Part shown: positions 42,781 through 56,590 of the stretch, piece by piece
Numbering within the stretch: the first letter of the stretch is position 1
How the letters are laid out: each line of letters opens with the position of its first letter
Source: Eledone cirrhosa
Lineage: Eukaryota
Assembly (NCBI GenBank): GCA_964016885.1
Contig: OZ024743.1
Location: 5,394,001 to 5,458,000 of the forward strand
Length of the DNA stretch: 64,000 nucleotides
Direction of reading: 5' to 3'
The notes under the pieces: model-generated
Told to the model about the DNA's origin: nothing
Databases searched by the model: none
The model's input: only the letters and a program-made list of their open reading frames with translations
Position numbers and translations under genes: made by a program

Positions 42781-43153
42781 CCTGTCTGGCTTTCTGGAGA
42801 ATAGAGGAAAGGTGTTTCCTCGAAAACCAGTATGACTCTAAAAACCGTTTGTCTGTGTGTTTACATACAGACTAGCTGAACACTCACAGTAAAGTGTCCA
42901 GTGAAAAACTCGGTACATCTACATATGTACACGTGTGTGTATTCATATGCATACTAGTATTTCAGTATACATATGTGGATGTACATTTTTAACTTAATAG
43001 TTATATATATATTATACCCTAAATAGTGAAAGACAGTAATTTATTACTATCTTATTACCAGTAAGATAAATAGCTCAATGTAACAACATCAGTTGTTTTA
43101 CAGAGCAGTTATATAGAGATTACATGAAACAAAGTTCTGTTTAAATCATTTAT

Positions 43154-43202
43154 TTGCTTACAATTGTTTCTTCCAAACCGAGGTTTGGATTCTTCGGAGC
43201 AA
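43154..43202 (-). ncRNA. Minimal type I hammerhead variant (CCGAAGA)
   Basis: ttgct-CCGAAGA-atccaaacc-tc-ggtttggaa-GAAA-C-AATT-G-TA-agcaa. Confidence 0.65.
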
Positions 43203-43952
43203 TTATTCAGTGATTTTTAACATACTTGACCTCCTTTTCAACACAAGAGACATATAGAAACATATGTATATATTGACCCACAGTGGGTTGACATCCATTA
43301 TAATAATATAGCATGGTAATTTACATACAAAGATTAGTCATATTAAAGGACAAAATTAAAGTTAAAATTAAAATAAAACATTGGCAGTCTACTAAGATAA
43401 AGCAAAAGGAAAGTTTGGAGTAGCCAGTGTATGCAACAGTCACACGTGTGGCATGCACGCGTGTCCTATTTATAGAAGATTATAGTGCGGCAGATTGTTA
43501 CAAGTAAAACAAGCAGTCAAAGCAGGCAATCAAGAGCATCATGGGGGCTGAACTGGTAAAGCATTATTCACACACACCTGTACGATATAGAAGCCCGTGT
43601 GTGGAGAAACACCAAAAATATAAAAAAATATTACAAATGAGAAGCAAAACAGCACCACTGTCCTCGTACACACCACCACTCTCACAATCCAGGAAACGCA
43701 ATTTATAGACTACATGTCCATCACACAATCCACGATGATTCAACATTGGGTGCCTGGTGAACCATGCTAGAAGATCACAGCTTGTCGTTCTTTAATTCGA
43801 TTCTATAGAGCAGGTGGTTTTTGTTGTGAGAGATGACATCGTATTTTATAAGACTGGGGTCTTACTTGTTCCTATTACCCACTCTACAACCCTAAGTATT
43901 GAGTACTTTGGTGCGTTATGGTCCACCTGGTTCCTTACCACATTTCCTTCCT

Positions 43953-44007
<55 letters not shown>

Positions 44008-44008
<1 letters not shown>

Positions 44009-44240
44009 AAGTGAACAACACAATATATAACTACTCCATTACCAAAGGTTTCAGGACCCTAGACAATATTAACATACGTTTATCTGATGAGCGAACTAGA
44101 CGTATGTTAATATTGTCTGGGGTCCTGAAACCTTTGGTAATGGAGTAGTTATATATTGTGTTGTTCACTTTCTAATTAAATAGCTCTGTTTTATACATAG
44201 AGCACTCTTTTTTCCTCTGCTTTTTCTTCGGAAAAACTTA
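44008..44240 (+). mobile_element. Fold-back HHR element
   Basis: 72-bp arms 44008-44079 / 44100-44171. HHR at 44079-44144: tttat-CTGATGA-..ctagac..gtctgg..-GAAA-CC-TTT-GG-TA-atgga. Confidence 0.8.
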
Positions 44241-44361
44241 ACACACACACACACAACACACACACATATATATATTAGAAAAGGTGTTTATAGTCCCTGG
44301 CCATTTTGCTTTGTTTTTTGCTAACAGTTTCAATCGTTTAGAGAGTAACACTGAAGAAATA

Positions 44362-44572
44362 AGGGTTTCTGATTTAGGCACAAGGCCAACAATCTTGGGG
44401 GAAAGGGAATTTTGATTAAATCGACACTACTGAATTACTGGTACTTTATTTTATCGACCCCGTAAGGATGAAAGGCAAAGCTAACCTCGGCGGGATTTGA
44501 ACTCAGAACGTAAAGGACCATAACTCTATGCCGCTAAGCATGTAGTCCGACGCTTTGCCGATTTTGCCAATC
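44362..44572 (-). mobile_element. SINE family 1
   Basis: Core, B box and tail on the reverse strand. Confidence 0.85.
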
Positions 44573-45399
44573 CTTATATTGAAGTAAAGGACCCTGAGAC
44601 TAAAACAGTAGAATTAAGAAGCCAATGCGATAGGCAGCATGAGAGACAACTGATGAAAAAAAACTGTCATGGAAATTGTCGTGGAAATTGGTACCAACAA
44701 GGTTGGGATACCTTCTGGGAATGTTTACAATGTACTTCCTCCTCGGCCCAGATAAGACGGTAGGATTAGAGTGACATTACTGATTGTCATTGTTGCAGAT
44801 TTTATTGATCATGTTCTAGTACAGGGTTTCCCAAACATTTTCAAACGCTGAAAGTTTTTTCATTCAGAAACCTTTGAGGGAACCCCAACGTCTAATACTG
44901 TTACTCCTCTACTTTTTTCACGAATCGCCAGACACTCCCCAGACACTTCTATCGATTCACCTAGAAATCGGCGTAGGTGTTTAAACAAAGAAAACCGATA
45001 ATTAAACTTCTGCATGGTGCTTTTATCTGGCTGGAAAAAAGTGTCATTATTCCCAGGCCAAATTGCAATAACGCTCGGTGGAACTTGACAACCTTCTGAT
45101 TGTTGGTTTTGTTGGTATCTTTGAAAGGCAATGTGGAGCGGGCATAGAAAATAACATACGAAACATGAAGGGCTTAAAGAAGCATATGAGGCACGTGGCT
45201 AACAGTGAATAGGGGCTTCCTGTAAGGGCTGGTATGGGGGGGGGGTTGTACCCAGATATTACCTAACTGGCACTGAACATACGAAGGACAATAGTGAAAT
45301 ATAAATATATGTATACATATGCATGCATATGTGTGTGTATCTATGTATGCATGCATACTAATATATATATGTGTATGCGTGTATATGTGTTTGTGTATG

Positions 45400-45437
<38 letters not shown>

Positions 45438-45789
45438 TTAGAGTGCATGATAGAATGTTTTACGATATTCATTGCGGCTGTCTACGCTCTGGGTAAATGC
45501 TGCCACGGTCAACTTTGCTTTTCGTCCTTTCGGAATCTATTAATAAATTACCAGTCCAGTGGTAATGCAGTCTTTATCTTCCACCCCAATCAGTTGTTAC
45601 ACCCTGGATGTTCCTCGGAGTCAATTGGGGTTGAATGAGTAAAGTGCCTGTGTCTACATGGGTACCGAAAGTTGGGTCTCAGTGTCTACTTGTAGCTACA
45701 TGGGCACTTTAAGTAGAGTGCCTGTGTCTACCTTCAACTACATGGGTCCCTAAAGTAAAGTACCAGTGTTTACTTATATATATATATAT

Positions 45790-46105
45790 GTAGAAGTTCT
45801 ATTTAAATTGTTGGGATACAACAAGCAAATATTTTTATAACTGATATAAAGCACTCAACAAATTATTGGGTAAAAATACGATATACTAACAAATGGAAAC
45901 TATATTTATAAAACCATATTTATTTCATTATACGTATTTCAAGGACACCAAGTTAAATTATAAAACCAAGTTTATTTATAAAACTGCTCTATATTATATT
46001 TTATCTGATGAAAGCACACCATAATTTAACTTGGTGTCCTTGAAATATGTATAATGAAATAAATATGGTTTTATAAATATAGCTTCCATTTGTTAATATA
46101 TCGTA
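45790..46105. mobile_element. Fold-back HHR element (family of 2990-3257)
   Basis: Arms about 45877-45961 / 46021-46105. HHR at 45998-46060 (+): attttat-CTGATGA-aagcacacca/tggtgtcctt-GAAA-T-ATGT-A-TA-atgaaat. Confidence 0.8.
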
Positions 46106-46124
46106 TATATATATATATATATAA

Positions 46125-47160
46125 TGAAAAATTGAAAAGGGACAGAACAGAGAGGCAGTACAATAAATGTTTATTAAATTCACGCTCAGGAGAGTGGGGG
46201 GTAGGTGGGGGACGACGTTTCGGGCATAAGCCTTTCTTCAGGTGAGAAGTGTGTGGGAACAGAGTTCAAAAGGTGTGTAGGGGAGTGGTGGAGAGACATA
46301 TAGCGAAAGGAAACGGTGCGAATGAAAAATTAACAAATAAAGACAAAAAATATAATAAATAAAAATAAAGCATGATCAAAATACAAGGAATGAGAAAATT
46401 TAAAAATAAAGGCATGATCAAAATAAACTGAAATTAAAAGGGGGGTAAACAGGTGGTGGAAGGGTGTGGGGTGAGTAGGGGTGGTGGCGGGTGGAGTGGG
46501 GAGAGGGAGACGGGGTGTCCGAGCGGGGAGGGCTGAAGGTGGTGTGTGTGGTTAGGTGTGCGTGTGTGTGTGTGTGTGTATGTGAAAGTGAGGGTTGGGG
46601 GAAGAACGGGGTTGCACGTTCAGGAAGGTGTGTGTGGGGGGTGTTTTTGTGGGTCGGAGCGTCTGTGCGTGTGTGGATAGGGGGGTGGGGGGAGAGGAAT
46701 CAGGAGGCTGAGGGTGTAAATATGTGGTGGGAAGCACGTGTGTGTGGTTTAAGCGTGTTGTGGGTGTGGGTGGCGTGTGGATAAAAAAAATGTTTGGGGG
46801 GTGTGTGTGTGGGTGAGTTATATAGGTGATGGTGTAAGAGGATGGTTGAAAACTTGGTAAGTTCCACGGATGTTTGGAGATTTGGTTAGAAGTCAATTCG
46901 CGTGTGGGTAATCCAAGAAGCGGTGGTTGGAAGAGGAGAGATGTGGGGTGCGCGCGCAACAGGAAGTGGTCTGCAGTGGGAGTGCTGTGGTCAGTTGGTG
47001 CTGAGAGGTGGTCGGAAGGGCATAGCAGCAGTCGGTGGAATGGTAGGGAGGCGAGGATGGGTAGGTGTGAGAGTTGGAGTGAGGAGGGTGTGTGTGTGTG
47101 TGTGTGTATTAGTAGGGGTGTTAGTGGGATGAGTGAGTGTGGAGCGGGGAGAGAAGGGTG
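46125..47160 (-). mobile_element. C-rich pLTR-like element with minimal HHR
   Basis: HHR at 46212-46243 (-): ac-CTGAAGA-aaggc-ttat-gccc-GAAA-CG-TC-gt. The tail abuts (TA)n. The 5' extent is uncertain. Confidence 0.6.
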
Positions 47161-47200
47161 TGTGTATACATATATACACACACACATATATCACATATAT

Positions 47201-47246
<46 letters not shown>

Positions 47247-47312
47247 AGTAACAGCAGTACAAAGAGTGAGTGAGAAATGAAATTTCGTTTCATTTTTTCC
47301 ATTTATATATAT

Positions 47313-47343
<31 letters not shown>

Positions 47344-47868
47344 TATATAAATATACATACATGTATATGTGTATATACATACATATATATATGTACATAT
47401 ATATACATATACATACGTGTATACATATATACATATGCATAGCACATATCTGCATATATGTGTGTGTGCACGCGCACTAGTATATGGTAAAGATGAGAGT
47501 GAGATAATGACATGGGTAAGAGAGAAATGAAGAATATCTTATTTGTAAAACTGAAATGAGTTGGTTATCAACAGTAAAAGCAGATATAAGGGAAATAAGG
47601 AAACAATGAGAATGGTGGCTGATGACGCAATACATGAAGATATGACGACAGCAAAGGAAGTCATATCTTCTGTATGTATTAAATCTGTTACATTAATTTC
47701 TCTAGAGATCTAGAAGAGTCATTGCTTTCATACCTACCTATTTACTTGCCATACATCCATACACATACACAAATACACGTACACACACATATATATATAT
47801 ACATTCATACACACACACACACATATATATATATACATACATATGTGTGTGCGCGCGCACACGCACAC

Positions 47869-47961
<93 letters not shown>

Positions 47962-47965
<4 letters not shown>

Positions 47966-47996
47966 CCCAGCCTGTCGGCTGGAACATGTAATAGAG

Positions 47997-48040
<44 letters not shown>

Positions 48041-48070
48041 CTCTATGTTCCAGCCGACAGCCTGAGGCCA
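47962..48070. repeat. Small inverted repeat enclosing a (TA)n tract
   Basis: tggccccagcctgtcggctggaacat..agagtta / taactctatgttccagccgacagcctgaggcca. Confidence 0.85.
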
Positions 48071-48073
48071 TAA

Positions 48074-48112
<39 letters not shown>

Positions 48113-48343
48113 ATGGGGGGCGTGTATAATTTAGCGAGAATCGCATTTCGGCGGGTAGAAATTAGCGAAACGCAACTTCCATATTGTGCAGACAAGCGCT
48201 CCATGCATATGAAGAGGATAGCAGAGCTATAAACATAAGTTAAAATGGTCATACACGCTGAGACGCTGGTTAAGAAGCCACAGCCACCATAGCCAAAAAA
48301 GCGAACAAGCTAAACGAGTCAAACAAAATGAGATATGATTGAA

Positions 48344-48417
<74 letters not shown>

Positions 48418-48755
48418 CGTATCTGTATGTGTGTGTGTGTGCATGTGTATATATATATATATATAAATGGAAAAAATGAAACGAAATTTCATTTCTGACT
48501 CTTAGTACGGCTGTTACTTAAATATAAGTATGTATAAGTATATACATATATGTATACAGACGTACAGTAGTATGTATACGTACATACTTATATGTATACA
48601 TGGTTCCTTTGTCAGTGTTGAACAAAAGGGCAACGGTGGTTGCTAAACACTGTACGGCTTAATCCAGGATGTTTGTTTACAAACAAACCGAGCATTATAA
48701 TAAATGTTCGGTAAATCCATACGTACATATATATGTGTGTATACATACTTATATT

Positions 48756-48871
<116 letters not shown>

Positions 48872-49268
48872 TACATACATACATACAGGTACATATACGC
48901 TCCCTTTCCATGTAATGCAGGTAACTCGTTGAAGTATCTGATTGATGCTTATCATTGATTCATTAAGAGATCTGGCAGGTTTTGTAACTGTGTTACCATT
49001 GTTGTTATTTAAGTAAAAGAACCTCCCCCAGCATCACATTCATTCAATACTCTGTACATTGGCATCTTCACCATAAAACTGTCTAGGAGGCAAAGAGTGT
49101 GCTATTACCTACACATCATAATAGACTACTAATGCTCTAATGCATAGAAGACGGGCCTCTTCTAATGTAATTCAATCTAGCTTCTGTGTGTATAGTTTTA
49201 TAGTATGTATAAACCCATTCATATCTCAATATAATGCAACACACTTAGACACAAACAAATAGATATCT

Positions 49269-49337
<69 letters not shown>

Positions 49338-49348
49338 GTATATACATA

Positions 49349-49420
<72 letters not shown>

Positions 49421-51676
49421 GATCGTACCTTTTATATTGACTAAGTCATTCTTTCCGATCTGTGTGAATGAAAAGCGTTCATCATATGTAATAAGTGACC
49501 TAAAAACAAAGATTTAAATTCTAACTTCCATGTGAAGTTCAGTTCACATATAGTTATGACTTTACAGCATAGGTTGACTAGGTACACACAGTCTCCTCAA
49601 AATGTAAAGTAATGTTGTTCTCAGGGTGCAGAGTACAGAATCTCTCAACTAGGCAGGGGTCAGTGTAAAATACACCAGCTAATCGAATGGACTATCGGTT
49701 TCGCGCTGAGTATTCCAGTTCGATCAAGGGAATTTCATACATCGCAAAAACTTGTCAGATACCAAGTGATGACTATGTTTGAAGCTTTTTTTAAGTGAGG
49801 AAAGGCTTTGCACGGGGCCAATTCCACTCTCTGAAAATCTCATGAAAATTAGCGAAAGTGTCTACACATTCCGTAAGCATTCTACACATGCCGAAGATGC
49901 CACGCTATGGGATTGAACTCGGGACCTAATAATTGTGAAGCGAATTGCTTAACCCTATCAGTTATATTGCATCCACACCAGCTAACGTAAGTTTAAATGT
50001 AATCTCTCACCTGCTACTTAATATTACTATTTTCTATTTGAATCTTCTCGTTGGGTCAGTATGGTGATAACAATTAAATGCAACAATCAATAGAAAATGT
50101 CTTCTAGATAATGCAATGGATATTGTATAGTGATGGGAATTATAAGAAGTCAGTGAATGCTGTTAAGTCAGATCACAAAGGAGTATTCAGATTTAAGTGC
50201 AGTTCTATTCAGACATGTCACTGCTTTCTTTCTCACGAAAGGATTTACAAAATACATTTTATGTACTGATTACTCTTCATAACTCTGGTGAGTATAGAAA
50301 TCGTAAATGTACATAAACTGAGCAATGAACATTCATCCAATAAAAAATATCTCTACTTATTTAGATTAGAAGTGCACAAATGTAGACATGGTTGTGTGGT
50401 TAAAACGTTCACTACGTAACCACGTGGTTCCATGTTCATTCCCACCGAGCTGTTCATGGAACATATGTCTTTTACTCTGCTCTAACCAAAACCTTTTTAA
50501 GAAAAATTTTGTTGGCGTAAACTGTTCAGAAGACTATCGTGTGAGTATGTATGTGTGTGTTAATGTCTTTATCACAACACCGCCCGCTAAAACAATGTCA
50601 TTGTTAATTTAAAAAAAGGTAAGTTAGTCAATCAGTAAAATAGAAATTAATAAAATAGGTACCAAACTGAAATAGGAACTAGGTCGTTTGTTAAAGGCTG
50701 AAATTAGTACCCCCAAATAATTGCTGCTCGATGACTGAAGCCAATAATAAAAGAATTGTTATACTATGCAGAAGTCTTATCAGGCACAGAAGAAAGCCAG
50801 CTGAAAGTACTTTGTATGCACATAGCTCTGGACCATCTAAAGCTGGCGAAAAACAATAAGTATTTTGATAACAACCGCTGTAAAATGAACACCTGGTCAC
50901 ACTTGTACTATCATTTCATATAATTTTCACACACCTCTGTATAACAAGTGACTGAAATTTGCTTGAGGTTAATAAACTCATCTTATTAGGTCCAAATATT
51001 GCATGGCAAAAGACTATCTATTACTCACATTGCCTTAGAAATGAAATATCAGTATTCTTCTAAAAAAACTCTTCGGAAATGAAGCTGTTTAGAAAGAAAA
51101 CTGTAACAGACGACAAAAGAAAACCTTCACATAGATTACAAAAACGGTAAATATGTAGTACATGTGCTTCGTAGTATATTTTGAGAGCAACAGTCAGCAT
51201 TAGACATGACTAGAACAGTCATTTCAAGTTGCTGAATTATCATTCCGTGTCGACAGAAACTTTCGATGTACAGTCTCCAATAGAAGAATTTCTGAAAACT
51301 AGTAAAGATGTCAACATCTTTAAACGAAGATATCACAACTAATATCATGCAACATTAAAGTAACATGCACATGAAAACATCTTAATGAGCTCTTCAAGCG
51401 ACTTTGACAAGCATAGTATTCTGATATATCGACAAGATGTCTAAACTTTCACTATATAAAGTGAAATGACAATTGCTTAGATTTTCGAAAGCATAATGTT
51501 ATCTGATCGTTATCTCTAAGACTTTTTTCATAAAGGAAACCCTATCATACTGACATCGTCATAGAATGCATTATGTAATGTGGTGCATCAAAGTTTCAAT
51601 GGGTTTTTCAAAGAAACAGTAAACTTGTTGAAATATACGCTGTCAGAAGGCGGCAATATGTCGATATATAATAAAA

Positions 51677-52170
51677 CATACACACGCACAGACATATACA
51701 CGCACAGACATACACACGCACAGACATACACACGCACAGACATATACACGCACAGACATACACACGCACAGACATATACACGCACAGACATACACACGCA
51801 CAGACATATACACGCACAGACATATACACGCACAGACATATACACGCACAGACATACACACGCACAGACATACACACGCACAGACATACACACGCACAGA
51901 CATACACACGCACAGACATATACACGCACAGACATACACACGCACAGACATATACACGCACAGACATATACACGCACAGACATATACACGCACAGACATA
52001 CACACGCACAGACATATACACGCACAGACATACACACGCACAGACATACACACGCACAGACATACACACGCACAGACATACACACGCACAGACATATACA
52101 CGCACAGACATACACACGCACAGACATACACACGCACAGACATACACACGCACAGACATACACACGCATA
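51677..52170. repeat. 16-bp minisatellite (cacagacata(c/t)acacg)n
   Basis: About 30 tandem units, seen directly. Confidence 0.95.
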
Positions 52171-52171
52171 C

Positions 52172-52493
52172 ATAAAAGGATAATATCCCTTCGGTCACGA
52201 ATGGTCTATGGGATTTGTACCTCCGATGTGCAAGTCTGGGCAAGGTTGTTTTGTGAAAGACCAGCAGTTGCCCATGTGTACCAGCCTCCCCTCCGGTTGT
52301 CCAAGGGAAAAGCAAAGGCCTATACAGTTGGCACCTGTGACGTCGCAACTCATTTCTACAGCTGAGTAAACTGGAGCAACATGAAATAAAGTGTCTTGCT
52401 CAAGGACACAATGCATCACCCAGTCCGGAAATCGAACTCACAACCTCACAATTGCAAGCCCAATGCTCTAGCTAGTAAGCCATGCGCCTTCAC
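52172..52493 (-). mobile_element. SINE with family 2 head/core and a different, longer 3' body
   Basis: Shares aaataaagtgtcttgctcaaggaca..aatcgaactcacaacctcac with 24190. Confidence 0.8.
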
Positions 52494-52516
52494 ACTATAT
52501 AAACACACACACACAC

Positions 52517-52658
<142 letters not shown>

Positions 52659-52663
52659 GTGTG

Positions 52664-52712
<49 letters not shown>

Positions 52713-52720
52713 ACCCACAC

Positions 52721-52805
<85 letters not shown>

Positions 52806-52815
52806 TATATGTGTG

Positions 52816-52910
<95 letters not shown>

Positions 52911-52927
52911 GTGTATGTGTGTGTGTG

Positions 52928-52965
<38 letters not shown>

Positions 52966-52972
52966 CACACAT

Positions 52973-53023
<51 letters not shown>

Positions 53024-54220
53024 CACACACACACACACTTAGGGACTCAAAGTAAATGACTGATTTTGCCGATAATATTTCGGACTCCGTATATTTCTCT
53101 ATTTAGCAAATAAGATAAATCTTCTTATCAATGTATATTCCATATCATTCGCTCCTTCCCTACCTCTTTCTATATCTATTATTTTAACACATCGCCTCTC
53201 TAATTCACCCACTCTATTGCAGAGTTCTATTTTCATTATACCTTGCCTCTTACGCTATTTCTTCTTTCACTCTTTATCTAGCTCTTTTATATTTTACTGT
53301 CTGGGAGTAATATCTCTATTATTTACTATGTAATTAATCTTATCCTTAAAACCATTGAGATTTAATGCTCCCTTAAAGGATCATGCAAAAAAATACTAGA
53401 TAAACATATACTAATAACTATATCTAAATTGTTTTTAGTAACAGGTGGATCTTTAGAAGTTATAGAATTGTACTGTAACTGCTAATTTGGTTTCCTAAAT
53501 GGATAACATTGACTTGTTTCTGAATTTAAAGTAATATCTAAAAATAAATATGCTAGTATCAAAAGTAATCTTTAATAAAAATAACTCTACCAGACTTCTT
53601 TCTGAAATTAACTACCTTGTAAGTATTCAAATTACATGTACCAAAAAAACGATATTTCGATGTAAATTATTGAATTTATCATATAACTATAAAAATATAA
53701 AAACCTATGCACTCACAAATTTCAGCAGACTCAATAGAACCTATCACCACATGAAATAGTTAGTGTTATTTGTTTATCCCTACAGCATTATCGATACAAT
53801 GTAATAATCATCTTACATGAATGATTATTTTGATAACAAAATCACTGGCTGACATAGAATTGGCGAAACCTAATGTTTTGGGGGCAAGATTTGATATCAA
53901 ACTAAGTCAATCTATCAACATGTTTGTTGTGAATGCTATTAAACTAGTTAACAGCAATGCTGTAAAGATAAAACGGTTGTTTACTTGATTTTAATCTTAA
54001 AGATGATCGTATCTAAGACATTTTACTAACTATACTAAACTCACATTTGATTAGCTTTATTAATTTACATTCCTAAGTTTACAGCCCTTAAATGGAATAT
54101 ACGGTATACGTAGCTAAGCATTCAATTCATTTAGTTTTAATTCGGTAGGGATTTACTTAGATTGCAGGTTAGTGAAATTAGATGTAGTTTTTTTTCTTTC
54201 TTTTTTATTTTGTAGATATT

Positions 54221-54642
54221 AATAATTGTTTCTACTTTAGGCACTAGGCCAGCAATTATCCAAGTGTATTACTGGTACTTTATTTTATCGACCCCGTAAG
54301 GATGAAAGGCAAAGTTAACCTCGGCGGGATTTGAACTCAGACCGTAAAGGAACGTAACTATGCCGGAACGCATGGCGTCCGACCCTCTACCGATACTGCC
54401 AATCCACCGCCCTAGCATGGCGTCCAACCCTCTACCGATACTGCCAATCCACCGCCCCTCTACCAATTCATATTAATAATGGTTTCTGATATAGGCACAA
54501 GGCCAACTATTTTAGGGGAAGGTGAAAGTCGATTAAATCGACTTCAGTGCATTACTGGTACTTTATTTTATTAACCCCGTAAAGATGAAAGGCAAAGCTA
54601 ACCTCGACTGGATTTGAAGTTAGACTGCCAATCCAGCGCCCT
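54221..54642 (-). mobile_element. Two adjacent SINE family 1 copies; the first has a tandemly duplicated head
   Basis: gcatggcgtcc.accctctaccgatactgccaatccaccgccc is duplicated at about 54370 and 54415. The second copy (54474-54642) is internally deleted. Confidence 0.85.
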
Positions 54643-54660
54643 TTTGTAAATATTAATAAT

Positions 54661-54785
54661 GCATGTTATTAGTATTAGAGATATTTTTATATATATTTAA
54701 TAACAAAGCATGTTATTAGTGTTAGAGATATTTTTATATATATTTAATAACAAAGCATGTTATTAGTGTTAGAGATATTTTTATA
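54661..54785. repeat. 47-bp tandem repeat, about 2.6 copies
   Basis: gcatgttattagt starts at 54661, 54708 and 54755. Confidence 0.9.
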
Positions 54786-55764
54786 AAAATATTGTAAAAT
54801 GTTCATGGGATGCAGAAAAATGTTTCGATTATTCTTTAAAGACTATTGAAAACTATCAATAGTACTTTTGATGCTCACCTATTCAATTAAATTGAAAAGC
54901 ATCAATTTTAAATGTTTCAATAATTTTAAGAAGATGGCACTTCTGGATTTTAAAACCAAATGTTCTGCGCGGGTAAGTCATTGTTGTCTCTATGAAAGAG
55001 AAAGATTTTCATCTTATTCTTTATTTTTTTACGAATTTCTGCTTTGGGGATTATCTTTTTAAGTTTACTGTTTTTCTGAGTGAATAGCTACGGTATCTGT
55101 CAAGAAATACAACAGATGTTGAATCATAGTTTTGTTGCTTTAGAAGTGTCTAAGGATTCGTGGAGGGGCGGGAGATAACGGAAGGACTCTCCGTGTAAAC
55201 AATCAAGATAAAAAAAAAATATTCAATACATGTAAAAGAGAAATATATTTATATTTATTTTAAGCTGAATTTTTATAAATATATTTCCCATTTTCTTTTT
55301 TTTTTTTTTTAGTTTCACGTCAATAATGCCCAAGCAACAATAGAAATACAACAAAAGATCTTATATTTATACACGAAATAAACAATAACAGAACATAAAC
55401 AAAACGTTAAGAATGTAAATAAAAGAAAGCATCTTGATTGACTGAAAGAGTTAAACGATATTGTAATGGGCTATACAGCGTTCATCAGTCAGACATTTTG
55501 AAATAGTTCAACAAAGACTTGCTTCACCGGAAGCTTGTGTCAAAATACGTATTCATGCAACACATTTTACAATAAACAGTAAATCACATCTTTGTTTCGT
55601 GATTATAAATATGTATCGATAGATCACTTCGTCAGAAAGGCTGGTAACAATTGCAGGCAGCTGGGCAAATTGAAATAATGCAGACGAAAAGGTTCTGAAT
55701 AGAAACACAAGGAAACGCCTGCAGTAGATTTTGGACAGTTGGGTCAATATATTTCAATTTCGTA

Positions 55765-55801
<37 letters not shown>

Positions 55802-55989
55802 GTGGTTGTATACATATGTATATAACTATGTATGTTCGTATGTGTATATATAAATATATATATATGGTGGGGGGGTGTATATGTATATATATATGTATGT
55901 ATATATATATATGTATATATGTATATATTTATCATCTTCATCATCATTATTTTACGTCCGCTTTTCCCTGCTTGCAAGGGTGGGACGTA

Positions 55990-56094
<105 letters not shown>

Positions 56095-56453
56095 GCATGT
56101 ATGTATGTGCGTCTGTGTATGTGTGTATGTGTGTTTGTGTATATATGTATTTGTGTATCTTTCGAGGTCAATAAAAGTGCAAGTCCAATATTGGGTTTGA
56201 TTCTTCCTATATCTATCTCACTTCTTCACACGCCCTCCCCCCTCTCTCTCTCTGGAAGAAACCGGCTGTGTTCAGACTTGGTGAAGGGATGGGCTCTGCC
56301 AAGTTTAAATTACCTAGAAACGACATACGTTACGACGGCGGCCCTACGACTCCATCAAGAGTTACGGGTCCACACATACATTATATATAAAAAAATGTGT
56401 TTGTTTGTATGTGTGGAAGTAATATACAATGATTTCAATAAAACAAATAGTAC

Positions 56454-56511
<58 letters not shown>

Positions 56512-56590
56512 AAAAGGTAAACAGAAATAACAACACAATCGGTACAGTATATGGAAGGGATATATTAGGTTAACGCTTATATATATATAT

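Larger units (their letters stand above)
42008..42998. mobile_element. Retrozyme-like insertion: head-to-head permuted copies of a 464/465-nt HHR unit, with TSD
   Basis: Minus arm 42008-42499 has a 27-nt terminal redundancy (period 465). Plus arm 42495-42998 has a 40-nt terminal redundancy (period 464). atagttatatatata occurs at 41994-42008 and 42997-43011. Confidence 0.88.

Noticed and set aside
46552-47187. 211-aa minus ORF with TPTADHF as a possible GIY-YIG remnant
   Set aside because: Low-complexity C-rich sequence; other GIY-YIG motifs not found.
50800-51670. Highly degraded hAT transposase on the minus strand
   Set aside because: Only faint motif echoes across stops and frameshifts; needs a translated HMM search.
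55590-55640. Minus-strand CTGACGA-gtgat...atcac-GAAAC
   Set aside because: Stem II is good, but there is no convincing UH site or stem I; at most a decayed HHR.
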